Assembly (NCBI GenBank): GCA_965201075.1
Contig: CBDAVP010000008.1
Location: 62,001 to 126,000 of the forward strand
Direction: 5' to 3'
DNA: 64,000 nucleotides
Source: Isosphaeraceae bacterium
GTDB lineage: Bacteria > Planctomycetota > Planctomycetia > Isosphaerales > Isosphaeraceae
Below, piece after piece: positions 19,786 to 30,094 of this stretch. The notes below the pieces were generated by a model, which had not been told where the DNA came from, ran no database searches, and saw only the letters and a list, made by a program, of their open reading frames with translations. The position numbers were made by a program, and so were the translations under genes. The stretch's first letter is position 1, and every line of letters begins with the position of its first letter.

Positions 19786-21021
19786 ATGGGACGTCCCGGC
19801 AAGACAGGTATTCTGACGGCCAGACGCGCAACGCCGCAAGCCTCACAGGAGGCCGCGTGCGGATCGTCGACGGCCCATCTGGCCCTCGCCGTGGCCGACG
19901 CCAACTGGTACACGACCGAGAATCTCTTCGCGGAGGTCCGCCGCCCCGGTGTTTCAACACTGCTGCTGCGCTGCGATGACTATCGCAACGCCTGGAGGCG
20001 AGGAGTTCGGCCCTGGGACCGTCGTCCGGGCCTGATCCACACGGGTCCGAATCTCTGGCGGCGCAATCTGGTCCTCCCCTCCGGTTGGATGAAGTCGTAC
20101 CCGGCTTTGGGGATGCGACCGATCCGCCGCACGATCCAGCAATGGCGAGCCGACCACGCCCCCGGCGCCCCGCTCGCCCTGGTGATGACGTATCCCCACT
20201 ATCTCTATCTGAGTGACAAGTTGCGGCCCGACCGCCTGGTCTACTTCAATATTGACGACTACGCCTTCTACTGGCCCCGCCGAGCCCGGACTCTCGACGC
20301 TCTGGAGCGACAAGCCGTCGCCGAGGCCGATTTAACCGTCTGCGCCTCAAAACGGCGTTGCGAAGCGCTGAGACTCGCCGTCCCCGAAGCGGCACACCGC
20401 ATCCGCCACCTGCCCCACGGTTCTCCCGGCCCCATCGTCGACTCGGTCGTCAACCATGGACCCGGCCCGCGTCCCAGGGACCTCGACGGTCTGCCCGGTC
20501 CGATCCTGGGCTACGTCGGCTCTCTGGAGGACCGCATCGACTGGGAACTTCTGGATCGATTGGCCGAAGCGTACCCCTCCGCCTCGCTGGTCCTGATCGG
20601 CCGACTGTCCCCCGACAGTTCTGGGCGATGGCTGGGCGCTTTCCGCCGCTGCCTGGCTCGTCCCAACGTCCACGCCCTCGGCTGGCGACCGCAGGCGGAC
20701 ATCGGTCGCTACAACGCCGCCTTCGACGTTTGCCTGATCCCCTACCGCGTCGACCACCCCTTCAACCTCGCCAGTTGCCCCACCAAGATCATGGACTACA
20801 TGGCCACCGGACGGCCGATCGTCTCGACCGCGCTGCCGGAGTGTCAGCTTTACGGACACCTTTTCGACGTCGCCCCCGACCACGGCGAATTTCTCAATCG
20901 AGTGGGAGCGATCCTCCAGGCCAACTCCGACGACGGCCGGGCCAACCATCGACGAGACTGGGCGAGGGCCAACACCTGCCAGGCCGTCGCCGACCGCTTG
21001 CTCGACTGGCTGACGGTTTAG
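19786..21021 (+). CDS. GT4-like glycosyltransferase (TuaH-like)
   Basis: VYFNIDDY, ADLTVCAS, GYVGSL, FDVCLIPY, PTKIMDYMATGRPIVST. Confidence 0.88.
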   Translation: MGRPGKTGILTARRATPQASQEAACGSSTAHLALAVADANWYTTENLFAEVRRPGVSTLLLRCDDYRNAWRRGVRPWDRRPGLIHTGPNLWRRNLVLPSGWMKSYPALGMRPIRRTIQQWRADHAPGAPLALVMTYPHYLYLSDKLRPDRLVYFNIDDYAFYWPRRARTLDALERQAVAEADLTVCASKRRCEALRLAVPEAAHRIRHLPHGSPGPIVDSVVNHGPGPRPRDLDGLPGPILGYVGSLEDRIDWELLDRLAEAYPSASLVLIGRLSPDSSGRWLGAFRRCLARPNVHALGWRPQADIGRYNAAFDVCLIPYRVDHPFNLASCPTKIMDYMATGRPIVSTALPECQLYGHLFDVAPDHGEFLNRVGAILQANSDDGRANHRRDWARANTCQAVADRLLDWLTV

Positions 21022-21036
21022 CGGAAGTCTTCGCGA

Positions 21037-21597
21037 TTACCCTTTGGCTAACCCACCCCAGGCCACGTCGGCGACCCCCGACCGGGCATTGACCACGCGG
21101 GCCAGGACGAACAGCGCATCACTCAAACGGTTGAGATACGCCAGCAACAGAGCCGGCACGTCCTGACCCGGCTGCCGGCCTAGGTGGACGACCAATCGCT
21201 CGGCTCGTCGGCAGATGGTCCTTGCCAGGTGCAACTGAGCTCCTCCCGGGGAACCTCCGGGCAGGATGAACTGCGTCAAGGGCGGCAAACTCGCCTCCAT
21301 CGCGTCGATCGCCGCTTCCAACCGTTCCACCTGATCCGTCTTGACGCATTCGTGAAATGGCCCGCCGGGGTTCGGGTCGGCAAGCGCCGAGCCCACCGCG
21401 AACAGGTCATTCTGAATGCCCGCCAGGAACGTGTCGGCCTCAGCATCAACCCGAAACGCGCGAGCCATCCCCAGCGCGGCGTTGAGTTCGTCGACGGTGC
21501 CATACGCCTCAATACGGATGTCGTTCTTGGGGACTCGGCGGTTGGCCAGCAGGCCAGTCGTGCCGTCGTCGCCGGCCCTGGTGTAAATCTTGGACAA
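21037..21597 (-). CDS. pduO: PduO-type cob(I)alamin adenosyltransferase
   Basis: KIYTRAGDDGTT, YGTVDELN, FILPGG, RTICRRAER, YLNRLSD. Confidence 0.93.
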   Translation of the reverse strand: MSKIYTRAGDDGTTGLLANRRVPKNDIRIEAYGTVDELNAALGMARAFRVDAEADTFLAGIQNDLFAVGSALADPNPGGPFHECVKTDQVERLEAAIDAMEASLPPLTQFILPGGSPGGAQLHLARTICRRAERLVVHLGRQPGQDVPALLLAYLNRLSDALFVLARVVNARSGVADVAWGGLAKG

Positions 21598-21722
21598 AGG
21601 GGAGACCTCCGCGACGACCCGCCGCCGGTTGGCGGCCTTGACCGAGCGGCCTTATACTAGGCCAACGAATCGGCCCCGCCAAGGGACCGATCCTCGGACG
21701 AATCCTCCCGCGGAGCCTTCCC

Positions 21723-22814
21723 ATGATCGCCCTGCTGGTCCCCTGGGTCGCGGCTTCGGCCCTGGCCGCCGGGCCGCCTCCCGCGTCCTCGGCCGAGGAC
21801 GCGGCGAACGAGGCCCGACACCTCACCAATATCCGCCAGGTCACCAGCGGCTTCGCCCGCGCCGGCGAAGGCTATTTCCGCCCCGACGGCCAGGCCATCA
21901 TCTTCCAGGCCACCCCCCGACCCCCCATTGGCGTCTTCCGAGACACCAGGCCGGGCGACGACGACTACCAGATCTTCACCGCCGAACTCAAACCCGACGC
22001 CACCCCCCGACTCGTCAGCACTGGCAAGGGAAAGACGACGTGCAGTTATTACCGGCCCAACGGCCGGGCGATCCTGTTCGCCTCGACCCATCTTGACCCC
22101 GCTCTCAACGACCCGGACCGAACCAAGTCCGCCAAGGGGCCCGCCTACAGTCGCTCCGAAAAGTATCGCTGGGACTTCGACCCGGCGATGGACATCTTCC
22201 AGGCCAACCCCGACGGCTCGAACCTGGTCCGCCTGACCGAAACCCCGGGCTATGACGCCGAGGGGAGCTATTCCCCCGACGGCTCGCACATCCTGTTCAC
22301 CTCGATGCGCGACGGCGACCCCGAAATCTACGAGATGGACGCCGACGGCAAGAACCCCCGCCGCATCACCAAGTCCCCCGGCTACGACGGCGGCCCCTTC
22401 TACTCTCCGGACGGCAAGCGCATTGTCTATCGAAGCGACCGCAAGGGGGACGACCTCCTCCAGCTTTACGTCAACAATGTCGAGGGGACCGACGAACGCC
22501 CCCTGACCAACAACCGAGACGTGAACTGGGGCCCCTACTTCTTCAAGGACAGCCGGCACATCATCTACGCGACCAGCCGACAGGGGCACCAGAACTACGA
22601 GCTTTACCTGATCGACGCCGACACCGGCGCCGACGAGCGAATCACCTTCCGAGACGGGTTCGACGGCCTCCCCGCGTTCAGCCCCGATGGCTCGAAGCTT
22701 CTCTGGACCTCCAAGGGGCGCACCGCCGACGCCACGAGCCAGTTGTTCGTTGCCGACTTCTCCCTCGAACCCCGTCCCGCCACACCGACCCCGACCCCGG
22801 AGCCCCGCCCATGA
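21723..22814 (+). CDS. Secreted TolB-like (PD40 beta-propeller) protein
   Basis: Signal peptide; repeated YSPDG/FSPDG and GYDAEG/GYDGGP motifs. Confidence 0.88.
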   Translation: MIALLVPWVAASALAAGPPPASSAEDAANEARHLTNIRQVTSGFARAGEGYFRPDGQAIIFQATPRPPIGVFRDTRPGDDDYQIFTAELKPDATPRLVSTGKGKTTCSYYRPNGRAILFASTHLDPALNDPDRTKSAKGPAYSRSEKYRWDFDPAMDIFQANPDGSNLVRLTETPGYDAEGSYSPDGSHILFTSMRDGDPEIYEMDADGKNPRRITKSPGYDGGPFYSPDGKRIVYRSDRKGDDLLQLYVNNVEGTDERPLTNNRDVNWGPYFFKDSRHIIYATSRQGHQNYELYLIDADTGADERITFRDGFDGLPAFSPDGSKLLWTSKGRTADATSQLFVADFSLEPRPATPTPTPEPRP

Positions 22815-23299
22815 CCGCGAAGGACACGATCCGCATGACCCTGGGGGCCAGCGACCACATCATTACCATATACCTCGACGGCCTGGGCGACGCCGACCTA
22901 CGTTTGCAGCCCGTCAAGGGGATGAACCCGATCGCCTGGCAGATTGCCCACCTGATTCAGGTCGAGCGGATGATGGTCGAAGCCGCCCGCCCCGGTCTGA
23001 GCCCGTCGCTGCCCGAAGGCTTTGAGGCCGACCATCCTCGGAAAGTCGAGGACCACTCCAAAATGAATTACCGCCCGATCGAGCAATACCTCGAAGCCTG
23101 GAAAGCGCAACGGGCCGCAACCCTCCAGGCCCTGGATTCCCTCTCCGACGAGGAACTTGACGCCCCCACCCCGGAACGATTCCAACGCATGGCCAAGACC
23201 CAGGGCCAGATGTTCAACCTGGCCGGACTGCACGCCCTCGGCCACGCCGGTCAGTTCGTCGCCACCCGCCGAAAGCTCGAAAAGCCGATTGCCTTCTGA
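22811..23299 (+). CDS. DinB-family protein
   Basis: NPIAWQIAHL and HALGHAGQ His triad; ATGA overlap with the upstream gene. Confidence 0.85.
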   Translation: MTAKDTIRMTLGASDHIITIYLDGLGDADLRLQPVKGMNPIAWQIAHLIQVERMMVEAARPGLSPSLPEGFEADHPRKVEDHSKMNYRPIEQYLEAWKAQRAATLQALDSLSDEELDAPTPERFQRMAKTQGQMFNLAGLHALGHAGQFVATRRKLEKPIAF

Positions 23300-23357
23300 C
23301 GACTTTTGCCTGTCGAGGAAATGTTCGTCGAGTCTCTCAACCCCGGGCGAACCCTTG

Positions 23358-23693
23358 ATGCCGAAGTCGACCTGGGTGGGGCTGTTCGTCTTCGGCCAGG
23401 TCGCGGCCCTGCTGGCCCTCGGCCTGGCCACGATTGGGTGGTCGCAAAGTTTGATGGTCGGGTTGATCCATCAAGTCGGTGAAGGCTGGGCACTCGGCCC
23501 AACCAGTGTCATCCACCGAGCCGACGGGTTGACCCTACTCAGCAATCCCGGCGCAATGTTTCGGTGGATGCTGCCCATCTAGGCCGCCTGTGCCATCCAG
23601 ATCCCTGCGTCGTTCACGATGATCGCACTTTGGTGGCGTTGCCTCTCAATCCCGCTGCCCAAACCCCTCTTGCTCATAGATCGCCGTGGCTAG
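23358..23693 (+). pseudogene. Small membrane protein gene interrupted by an in-frame TAG
   Basis: MPKSTWVGLFVFGQVAALLALGLATIGW...FRWMLPI*(23580-23582)AACAIQIPASFTMIALWWRCL...RRG*; the hydrophobic helix continues across the stop. Confidence 0.45.
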
Positions 23694-24686
23694 CGTCCCA
23701 TCCTCGGCGATCACCCCTCGGTACATGCCGTCCGAGTTGTACGGGGCCGACCACCGTCCCGACGGCTCGAGCGCGATCAACCCACCCTCCCCGGCGTCGC
23801 GATTCAGGACGCCGTGGATCACGGCATTCGTCGCTTCTCGCAAGCCCACCTTCTGATACTTCAACCGGGCCGCGATGTCATACGCGACGACATGCCGCAG
23901 GAAGTATTCGCCGTGACCGGTGGCCGAGACGCCGACGACCCCATCCTCGGCATAAGTTCCGGCCCCAATGATCGGCGAGTCCCCCACTCGGCCAAATCGC
24001 TTGTTGGTCATTCCCCCAGTTGAGGTCCCCGCCGCCAGGTGGCCCGCGCGATCCAGAGCCACGGCCCCGACTGTCCCCAGATACGGTCTTGCCGCCGGAA
24101 CCAACCCCGCTCGCGTCCGCTCCTTTTCCAGGGCCTCCTGCAACTCTTGCCAGCGCTCCTCGGTGCGAAAATAGGACGGGTCCACCAGCGGCAAGCCTTT
24201 CTCGCGAGCAAACGCATCGGCTCCGGGTCCCGCCAGCAGAACATGCCGCGACTGGTCCATCACGGCGCGGGCCGCACCAATCGGATTCTTCACGACCGTG
24301 ACCCCCGCGACCGCCCCTGCCTTGCCGGTTCGCCCGTCCATGATCGAGGAGTCCAGTTCGTTGCGCCCCTCGTGAGTGAACACCGCCCCCTTCCCCGCAT
24401 TGAACCGGGGCGAATCCTCCAAAACCCGGATCGCCGCCTCGACCGCGTCGACCGACGCCCCGCCCTCCTTCAAAACCGCATGACCTGCCTTCAGAGCGAG
24501 TTCGAGGTCGGCACGGTAAAGGCCCTCGCGGTCCTTCGTCAGAATCTCCCGAGGCAGCGCCCCCGCCCCACCGTGAACAATCAGGACGACCTTTTCGGGA
24601 GGCATGGGATCGGCACCGGTTGCGGCCGGCGAACCGACCAGGATGGCCAAAACTACGACCGTCAAGGCAGAACTGCGCCCCATCAC
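23646..24686 (-). CDS. iaaA: Isoaspartyl peptidase/L-asparaginase (Ntn hydrolase) with a signal peptide
   Basis: HGGAG, FNAGKG, GTVGAVA (catalytic Thr), TSTGG, GRVGDSP, SATGHGE. Confidence 0.92.
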   Translation of the reverse strand: MMGRSSALTVVVLAILVGSPAATGADPMPPEKVVLIVHGGAGALPREILTKDREGLYRADLELALKAGHAVLKEGGASVDAVEAAIRVLEDSPRFNAGKGAVFTHEGRNELDSSIMDGRTGKAGAVAGVTVVKNPIGAARAVMDQSRHVLLAGPGADAFAREKGLPLVDPSYFRTEERWQELQEALEKERTRAGLVPAARPYLGTVGAVALDRAGHLAAGTSTGGMTNKRFGRVGDSPIIGAGTYAEDGVVGVSATGHGEYFLRHVVAYDIAARLKYQKVGLREATNAVIHGVLNRDAGEGGLIALEPSGRWSAPYNSDGMYRGVIAEDGTLATAIYEQEGFGQRD

Positions 24687-24988
24687 AACCGCCTCTCAGC
24701 CCGTAAGAGCCTTTCCAGCAACTCCGGCTTCACCTGGCCCCGGAATCTCACCTTGCCGCCCACCGCCACGACCGGGACCGACGTCCCATACGCCTCGACC
24801 AGCGACGGGTCCGAGTCGACATCGACCACCTCGACAACGAAATCATGACGACCCCGGGCCACCTCGAGAACCCCCCTTGCCTTCGAGCAGCAAGGACAGC
24901 CCTCCCTCGTGTAGAGCGTGACGACCTGCCGCTCAACCGGCACTCTCGGACCCCGAAGTCGAGACAGGAGCCGTATCCCAGCCTTCAT
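24683..24988 (-). CDS. Glutaredoxin-like protein (DUF836-like)
   Basis: VTLYTREGCPCC, VDVD, YGTSVPV; overlaps both neighbours by 4 nt. Confidence 0.8.
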   Translation of the reverse strand: MKAGIRLLSRLRGPRVPVERQVVTLYTREGCPCCSKARGVLEVARGRHDFVVEVVDVDSDPSLVEAYGTSVPVVAVGGKVRFRGQVKPELLERLLRAERRL

Positions 24989-27966
24989 TTCGAGGCCCTT
25001 TCCTCCGCGGCGGCGGCTACCTGCGACGGGGCGGCGAGGTAGGCGACCAGGTCGGCGACCTCGGCGTCGGTCAGGCGGTCGAACAGTCCCTCGGGCATCA
25101 TTGACGTGTTCGAGGGGGTGAACGCCTCGATGTCGGACCGGGGGATGACGACCCGCTCATTGGCGGTTTGCAAGGTCACCGACTTGTCGTCCTGCTCGCG
25201 GAAGATTCCCGCCAGGACTCGGCCGTCGTTGGTGCCGATGATCTTCAATGTGTAATCGCCCGCGACCGTGGCGCTGGGGTCAAGCACGTTGCCCAGGACG
25301 TAATCCAGGTTGGCCCGGTCGGAACCGGTCAACTCGGGACCGACGTCTCCGCCCTCGCCGAAGAGCCTGTGGCAACTGGCGCAATTCCGGGCGAAGACCG
25401 ACCGCCCCCGAGACGCATCGGCCGCCTTGACCCGCTCGGCGGTCAGCAAAGTCTTGTATTTGGCCATCCTCGCCGGCAGATCGGCCGAGGCCTCCTTGAC
25501 CGAGCCCCAATGCTTTTCCAGGGCCTCGGCGATCCGAGCGTCCTGAAACGCCTGGATCTGCCGAGCCACCGGCGTCGAAACATCCCGACGAGGCACCACC
25601 CCTCGCCCGACCGCGTCCAGCAACGCCAGGGCGAACGAGGGCCGAGACGCCAGGGTCGCCACCGCGTCATCGCGTTCGGCCGGTGCCAGCGAGGCGTAAC
25701 GCTCCAGAATCAAGCCCGGCGTGCGTGGGTCGTCGGTCGCCGCCAGACCCCGAAGCGCCTCGGACCGCACCGCCGGGTCATCCAGCAACAATTGCAACAC
25801 CGAGGCCAGGCCCGTTACCCGGGCCTCGACCAGCGACCGGATCGCCCGACGGCGTTCCTCGGTGCCGGCGGCTTGCGATCTCGCCAGGTCCCGCAAGAGT
25901 TCCGCCGCGCGAGGGTCGCCAAACCGCAGGGCCAGGGTCGTGGCCGCCTCGCGATGCGACCCCTTCACCAGCCGCTCATACAACATCGGCCAGCCCGCTG
26001 GCATCGCCACCCCCTTGCGACCCGACATCGCCGCCAGCGTGCCCGCCAGCAGATCGCTCCGGGTCGCGTCGTCCGCCTTGTCCAACTGACTTACCAGCAA
26101 GGGAAGGGCTCGGCCCGGGTCGGCATCCACGGCGCGTCGAGCCACCAGGCGACGCACCAACGGAATCCCGCAACGCGAGGCCAGTTCGACCGCCCGAGGT
26201 AGGTCGGCCGGCACCAGCGGCTCGATGCCGTACCACAACATCAGCGGAATGGACGCATCCTCGGCGTCTTCCACCCGTCCGGCCAGCGCCTCGGCGATCG
26301 GCCAGCGATCGGCCAGGGGGATTCGCTGGAGCACCGAGGCCAGGTGAAGCCGCAACGGCGCCGAGGGATCCGTCTCCGCCAATCCGGCGAATCGTCGCAA
26401 GGCGTCGGGAGTGGGGACATGCTCATCGGCCAGGAACCGGACGGCCCAGGAGCGGATCGCCTCATTCTCATGGAGCAAGCCGGACAGGAGTTCCGACTCA
26501 TCCAGCCCTCCGATGGCCTGAAGCGTCCAAAAGGCCCGCAGCTTGTGAGTTCCTTCGGGGTCTTCGCGGTAAAGCTCGCGCAACGCGTTCGCCGCCTCGT
26601 CCATCGGCTTGCCCAAAGCGGCCCGCTCCTGGAGCAGTCGCCTCGCCGTGCGGGCCTGCCAATCGTTCGAGTGCCGCTGAAGCCTCGCCAGGTCCACATC
26701 CCCCAGGGTCGCAAGGTCAATCCCAGCCCGACGCGTTTCTCCATAAGTGATCTTGTACACCCGACCATTCTCTCGGTGAGCGTGATCGGCGTCGGTCTCG
26801 TGGCACTCGCCAATGTCCGACCAATCGGTCAGGTACACTCCGCCATCGGGCCCGGTTTTCAACTCCATGCCGCGGAACCACGGGTCATTGGCCTTGAGAA
26901 AGTCCGGAGCGTGTCGGGCCACATAACCCGACCCCACCGGGGATAGCGTGTCGCGGTTGACCCGATGCCCGTGAAGGTTGTTCATCAAAACCGACCCGCG
27001 ATACGCCTCGGGCCAGTTATCCCCCTGATAAATCATCGCTCCGACATGCGCATGCCCCCCGCCGGCCTCGCCATGAGCACCCTTCCCTTCTCGGGAGTCG
27101 GTCCAAAGGCCCCCGGCCCAGTGAAGGTGGTCGGCGCAGGTCTTCATCAACTCATATACGTAGGGGTCGAGGTCCTGGCCGTACATCCGCTGATAATGTC
27201 CGCCCGGGACGATCCGGAACAGGTGAGGGATCACGCAGTTGGTCACGAACGCCTCGCCTCTCGCGTCGAAGTCGAGACCCCAGGGGTTGGTTGTCCCCTG
27301 CGCGACTCGTTCGAACGTGCCGCGAGTGGGATGAAACCTCCAGACTCCGCAGTTGATCAGCGTGCGGCGGTCGTCGGGGGTGCCCGGCGGTCCCACCTTC
27401 GAGTTCGACATGATGCCATTGCAGCCCCAAAGCCAACCGTCCGGTCCCCACTGGAGGGCATTGAACAGGTTGTGCTGGGCTTTCTGGTCCCAACCATCCA
27501 GTTTGACGACCGGATCGCCATCGGGCTTGTCGTCCCCATTGGCGTCGGGCACGAACAGGAGATTCGGCGTCGCGCAGAGCCATACACCGCCGAACCCCAG
27601 CGCGATTCCCGAGACGTTCGCCCCCTCCTTCTCCCAGAACACGGTGCGGCGGTCGTGTTGGCCATCGCCGTCGGTGTCTTCGAGGATGACGACGCGGTCG
27701 GGCCCGGTCGGCTTCGTCAACCAATTCGGGTAGCAACGGTTCTCGGCCACCCAGAGCCGACCCCGGGCGTCGATGGTGAAGGCAATGGGCTGGGTGACTT
27801 CGGGCTCGGCGGCGAACAGACTGACGCGGAACCCTTCGGGAACCGTCATCCGACCGGACGCCTCCGAGGCCGGCACGGGCGACGGCGGAGGCCCATCGGC
27901 GGCGGTCGCCAGAGACGGGACGAGCGAAAGAACCAGAACAAGGGAGAAATCGCGAAGCGACGGCAT
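24985..27966 (-). CDS. PVC-type heme-binding CxxCH protein (beta-propeller dehydrogenase-like + HEAT repeats + cytochrome c)
   Basis: VPEGFRVSLFAAEP, DTDGDG, WGPDGW, NPWG, GPDG; C-terminal CASCH, VGPELT, SMMPEGL; start ATG 27966. Confidence 0.92.
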   Translation of the reverse strand: MPSLRDFSLVLVLSLVPSLATAADGPPPSPVPASEASGRMTVPEGFRVSLFAAEPEVTQPIAFTIDARGRLWVAENRCYPNWLTKPTGPDRVVILEDTDGDGQHDRRTVFWEKEGANVSGIALGFGGVWLCATPNLLFVPDANGDDKPDGDPVVKLDGWDQKAQHNLFNALQWGPDGWLWGCNGIMSNSKVGPPGTPDDRRTLINCGVWRFHPTRGTFERVAQGTTNPWGLDFDARGEAFVTNCVIPHLFRIVPGGHYQRMYGQDLDPYVYELMKTCADHLHWAGGLWTDSREGKGAHGEAGGGHAHVGAMIYQGDNWPEAYRGSVLMNNLHGHRVNRDTLSPVGSGYVARHAPDFLKANDPWFRGMELKTGPDGGVYLTDWSDIGECHETDADHAHRENGRVYKITYGETRRAGIDLATLGDVDLARLQRHSNDWQARTARRLLQERAALGKPMDEAANALRELYREDPEGTHKLRAFWTLQAIGGLDESELLSGLLHENEAIRSWAVRFLADEHVPTPDALRRFAGLAETDPSAPLRLHLASVLQRIPLADRWPIAEALAGRVEDAEDASIPLMLWYGIEPLVPADLPRAVELASRCGIPLVRRLVARRAVDADPGRALPLLVSQLDKADDATRSDLLAGTLAAMSGRKGVAMPAGWPMLYERLVKGSHREAATTLALRFGDPRAAELLRDLARSQAAGTEERRRAIRSLVEARVTGLASVLQLLLDDPAVRSEALRGLAATDDPRTPGLILERYASLAPAERDDAVATLASRPSFALALLDAVGRGVVPRRDVSTPVARQIQAFQDARIAEALEKHWGSVKEASADLPARMAKYKTLLTAERVKAADASRGRSVFARNCASCHRLFGEGGDVGPELTGSDRANLDYVLGNVLDPSATVAGDYTLKIIGTNDGRVLAGIFREQDDKSVTLQTANERVVIPRSDIEAFTPSNTSMMPEGLFDRLTDAEVADLVAYLAAPSQVAAAAEERASK

Positions 27967-28138
27967 CGTCGGGCCCTCGGCCGGCCGGTGGGGGGCGTGC
28001 ATGATCCGGGGATTGTCGCCCAGCCGGCCGGTCCCGTCCAGCATCCAGCATTGGGGGCTCGACCGGACCTGGCAGAGCAACGTCCCACGCGCTATCCTGG
28101 GACCGTCCGAACCTGGGCGGAAATTGGGGGGGGTGGGG

Positions 28139-30094
28139 ATGTCGAGGTCGCTGGTCCGGGTCATCGCCATCGCCACGGCGGCCTGCCTTGCCTTCGTGGC
28201 CTGGATGCTCATCCCCGCGCTCTTCATGGCGATCCCCTGGGGGATCCGCTGGTGGTTCGGGATGACCGCGTTCCTGGCTCTCCTTGCTGGGCTGACCGCG
28301 TTCGCCCTCCGCTACTCGCCGCCCCGCCCCTGGCGACTCGTCGACCCGGCGACCACTCCGCAGCAAGGTCTCCATCGCGCCTGGGCCTGGGGCTTGCAAG
28401 CCGTCGCGCTCTCGTTCGCCTACGCCTTCTTCGCCCGTCCCGGGTACGGAGCCGTGACCGACTGGGACCTTCACCTCGCCTGGTTCGAGGCCCTGCGACT
28501 GGCGGTCGTTCGCTACCACCAGTTCCCCTGGTGGGACCCCTGGTGCTGCGGCGGATTTCCCCTGGCCTTCGAGCCGCAGGTTGGCCTCGCGTCGCTGGAC
28601 ACCCTGTTCGTCCTGCCCTTCGGGACCGAGGACGGCCTCAAACTCGCCAGCATCGCTTCGATGATGCTGGCGACCGAGGGGGCCCGACGTCTCGCGAGAA
28701 TCGTGGTGGCCGACCCCTGGGCCGTGGCCCTCGCAGCGGCGATTTACGCATGGAACGGCGCGGTGCTGATCTTCACGATCAGTGGTCACGCCCTGACCCT
28801 CTGCTACCCGTTCTTCCCGTGGATGTTGCTGTTCGCGCTGAGGCTCAACCGCGGCGTTGGCCCCGCGGTCGGCCTGGGCATCAGTGCCGCGGCGAGCGTA
28901 CTGGCGATTGTCCAGTACCCCACCGCCTACGGAGCCCTGCTCACCGCCGGGGTGGTTGCCTGGGGATTCCTCGGCCGCCCCCGAGCCGACCGAACCCGCT
29001 ACCTCTTGCTTGTCGGAGTTGCCGCGAGTGTCTTCCTGGCTCTGGCCGGCTGGCGATTGGTGCTGACCGGCATGATTCTACGAGACTTCCCCCGCCGCCT
29101 TTCGTCACTGGTCGATAACCCGCTGTATAACATGGCGCACGCCCTGGTCGATCGGGAGGTTCCGCCGCCCCGGGTCCGCTCCTATACCAAGGGGTTCAAC
29201 TCCGAACAGGCCTGCTATGTCGGAGCCCTGGCCCTGTTCGCCGCCGTGGTCAGCCTTCGACGGGGCTGGCGTTGGTGGCACACGATCGCCGCGGTCGGCT
29301 TCTCGATGGCGCTGGGGATGGTCACCATCTGGCACCCCAGCTACTGGACCAGCTCCTGGCCGGGGTTCTCGACCATGCACATGGTCGGCCGCTGGCGACT
29401 GGTCGCCGTGCTGGGCCTGGCCCTGGCCGCCGCCGACGAACTCGGGACCTGGCGACGTTCGGGAGGCCGGCTCCGGCTGCTCGCAGCGCTCCTGGCGACG
29501 GCCTCCGTCGCCGACCTGGCCGTCTACGCCCATCAGTGCTTGCCAATTAGCTTCAGCACCCCGCCGTCCGAGCGCAAAGGGCCCGAGCCCCCCGTGGCCA
29601 CCATCGTCAGCCTGCAATACTGGGATTTCCAGGGCGATCCGTCCGGGTACGAGGCCGTGCGCCGAGGCTACGCGGTGATTGGGGGCTACTGCCCCCTCCT
29701 CGGCTATGATCGCGCCCGGTCCACCGCCCGTCTCTGGCGAGGTCACCCCGCCTACCGAGGGGAATTCGTCGCCGACGGTCACGCCATCGAGCCCACGTCC
29801 TGGAGCCCCAACCGGGTCGTCCTCAACCGCCTGAAACCGGATCAGGAGGTTGAGGTGAACCAGAACCCTTCCAACTACTGGCTGGCCAACGGCCGTCACC
29901 TCTTTCCCCACGCCCGCTGCGCCGAGGTGAGGGACCGCTTCCTGGCCAGGGCCGACGCCAACGGGCGACTGGTCCTGGAGATTGCCCCTCCCGGAGTCAA
30001 CGCGGCGATCGGAACTTCAGTCATTGGGCTAATACTTACCGGGTTGCTCATCCCGCTGGCTCTTCGCCTCCGTCGACTGGACTCGAACCCATGA
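28139..30094 (+). CDS. YfhO-like GT-C membrane protein, paralog 1
   Basis: DWD loop motif, FPWWDPWCCGGFPLAFEPQ, multiple TM helices, C-terminal WSPNRV...NQN domain; start ATG 28139. Confidence 0.75.
   Translation: MSRSLVRVIAIATAACLAFVAWMLIPALFMAIPWGIRWWFGMTAFLALLAGLTAFALRYSPPRPWRLVDPATTPQQGLHRAWAWGLQAVALSFAYAFFARPGYGAVTDWDLHLAWFEALRLAVVRYHQFPWWDPWCCGGFPLAFEPQVGLASLDTLFVLPFGTEDGLKLASIASMMLATEGARRLARIVVADPWAVALAAAIYAWNGAVLIFTISGHALTLCYPFFPWMLLFALRLNRGVGPAVGLGISAAASVLAIVQYPTAYGALLTAGVVAWGFLGRPRADRTRYLLLVGVAASVFLALAGWRLVLTGMILRDFPRRLSSLVDNPLYNMAHALVDREVPPPRVRSYTKGFNSEQACYVGALALFAAVVSLRRGWRWWHTIAAVGFSMALGMVTIWHPSYWTSSWPGFSTMHMVGRWRLVAVLGLALAAADELGTWRRSGGRLRLLAALLATASVADLAVYAHQCLPISFSTPPSERKGPEPPVATIVSLQYWDFQGDPSGYEAVRRGYAVIGGYCPLLGYDRARSTARLWRGHPAYRGEFVADGHAIEPTSWSPNRVVLNRLKPDQEVEVNQNPSNYWLANGRHLFPHARCAEVRDRFLARADANGRLVLEIAPPGVNAAIGTSVIGLILTGLLIPLALRLRRLDSNP

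Noticed and set aside
21598..21722. Cobalamin riboswitch upstream of the adenosyltransferase
   Set aside because: The gap is short and lacks the B12-box and other conserved cobalamin riboswitch elements
23580..23582. TAG as programmed pyrrolysine or stop-codon reassignment
   Set aside because: No pyl genes in the window and TAG terminates other clear genes (e.g. 6325, 21021, 46748); a nonsense mutation or read error is simpler
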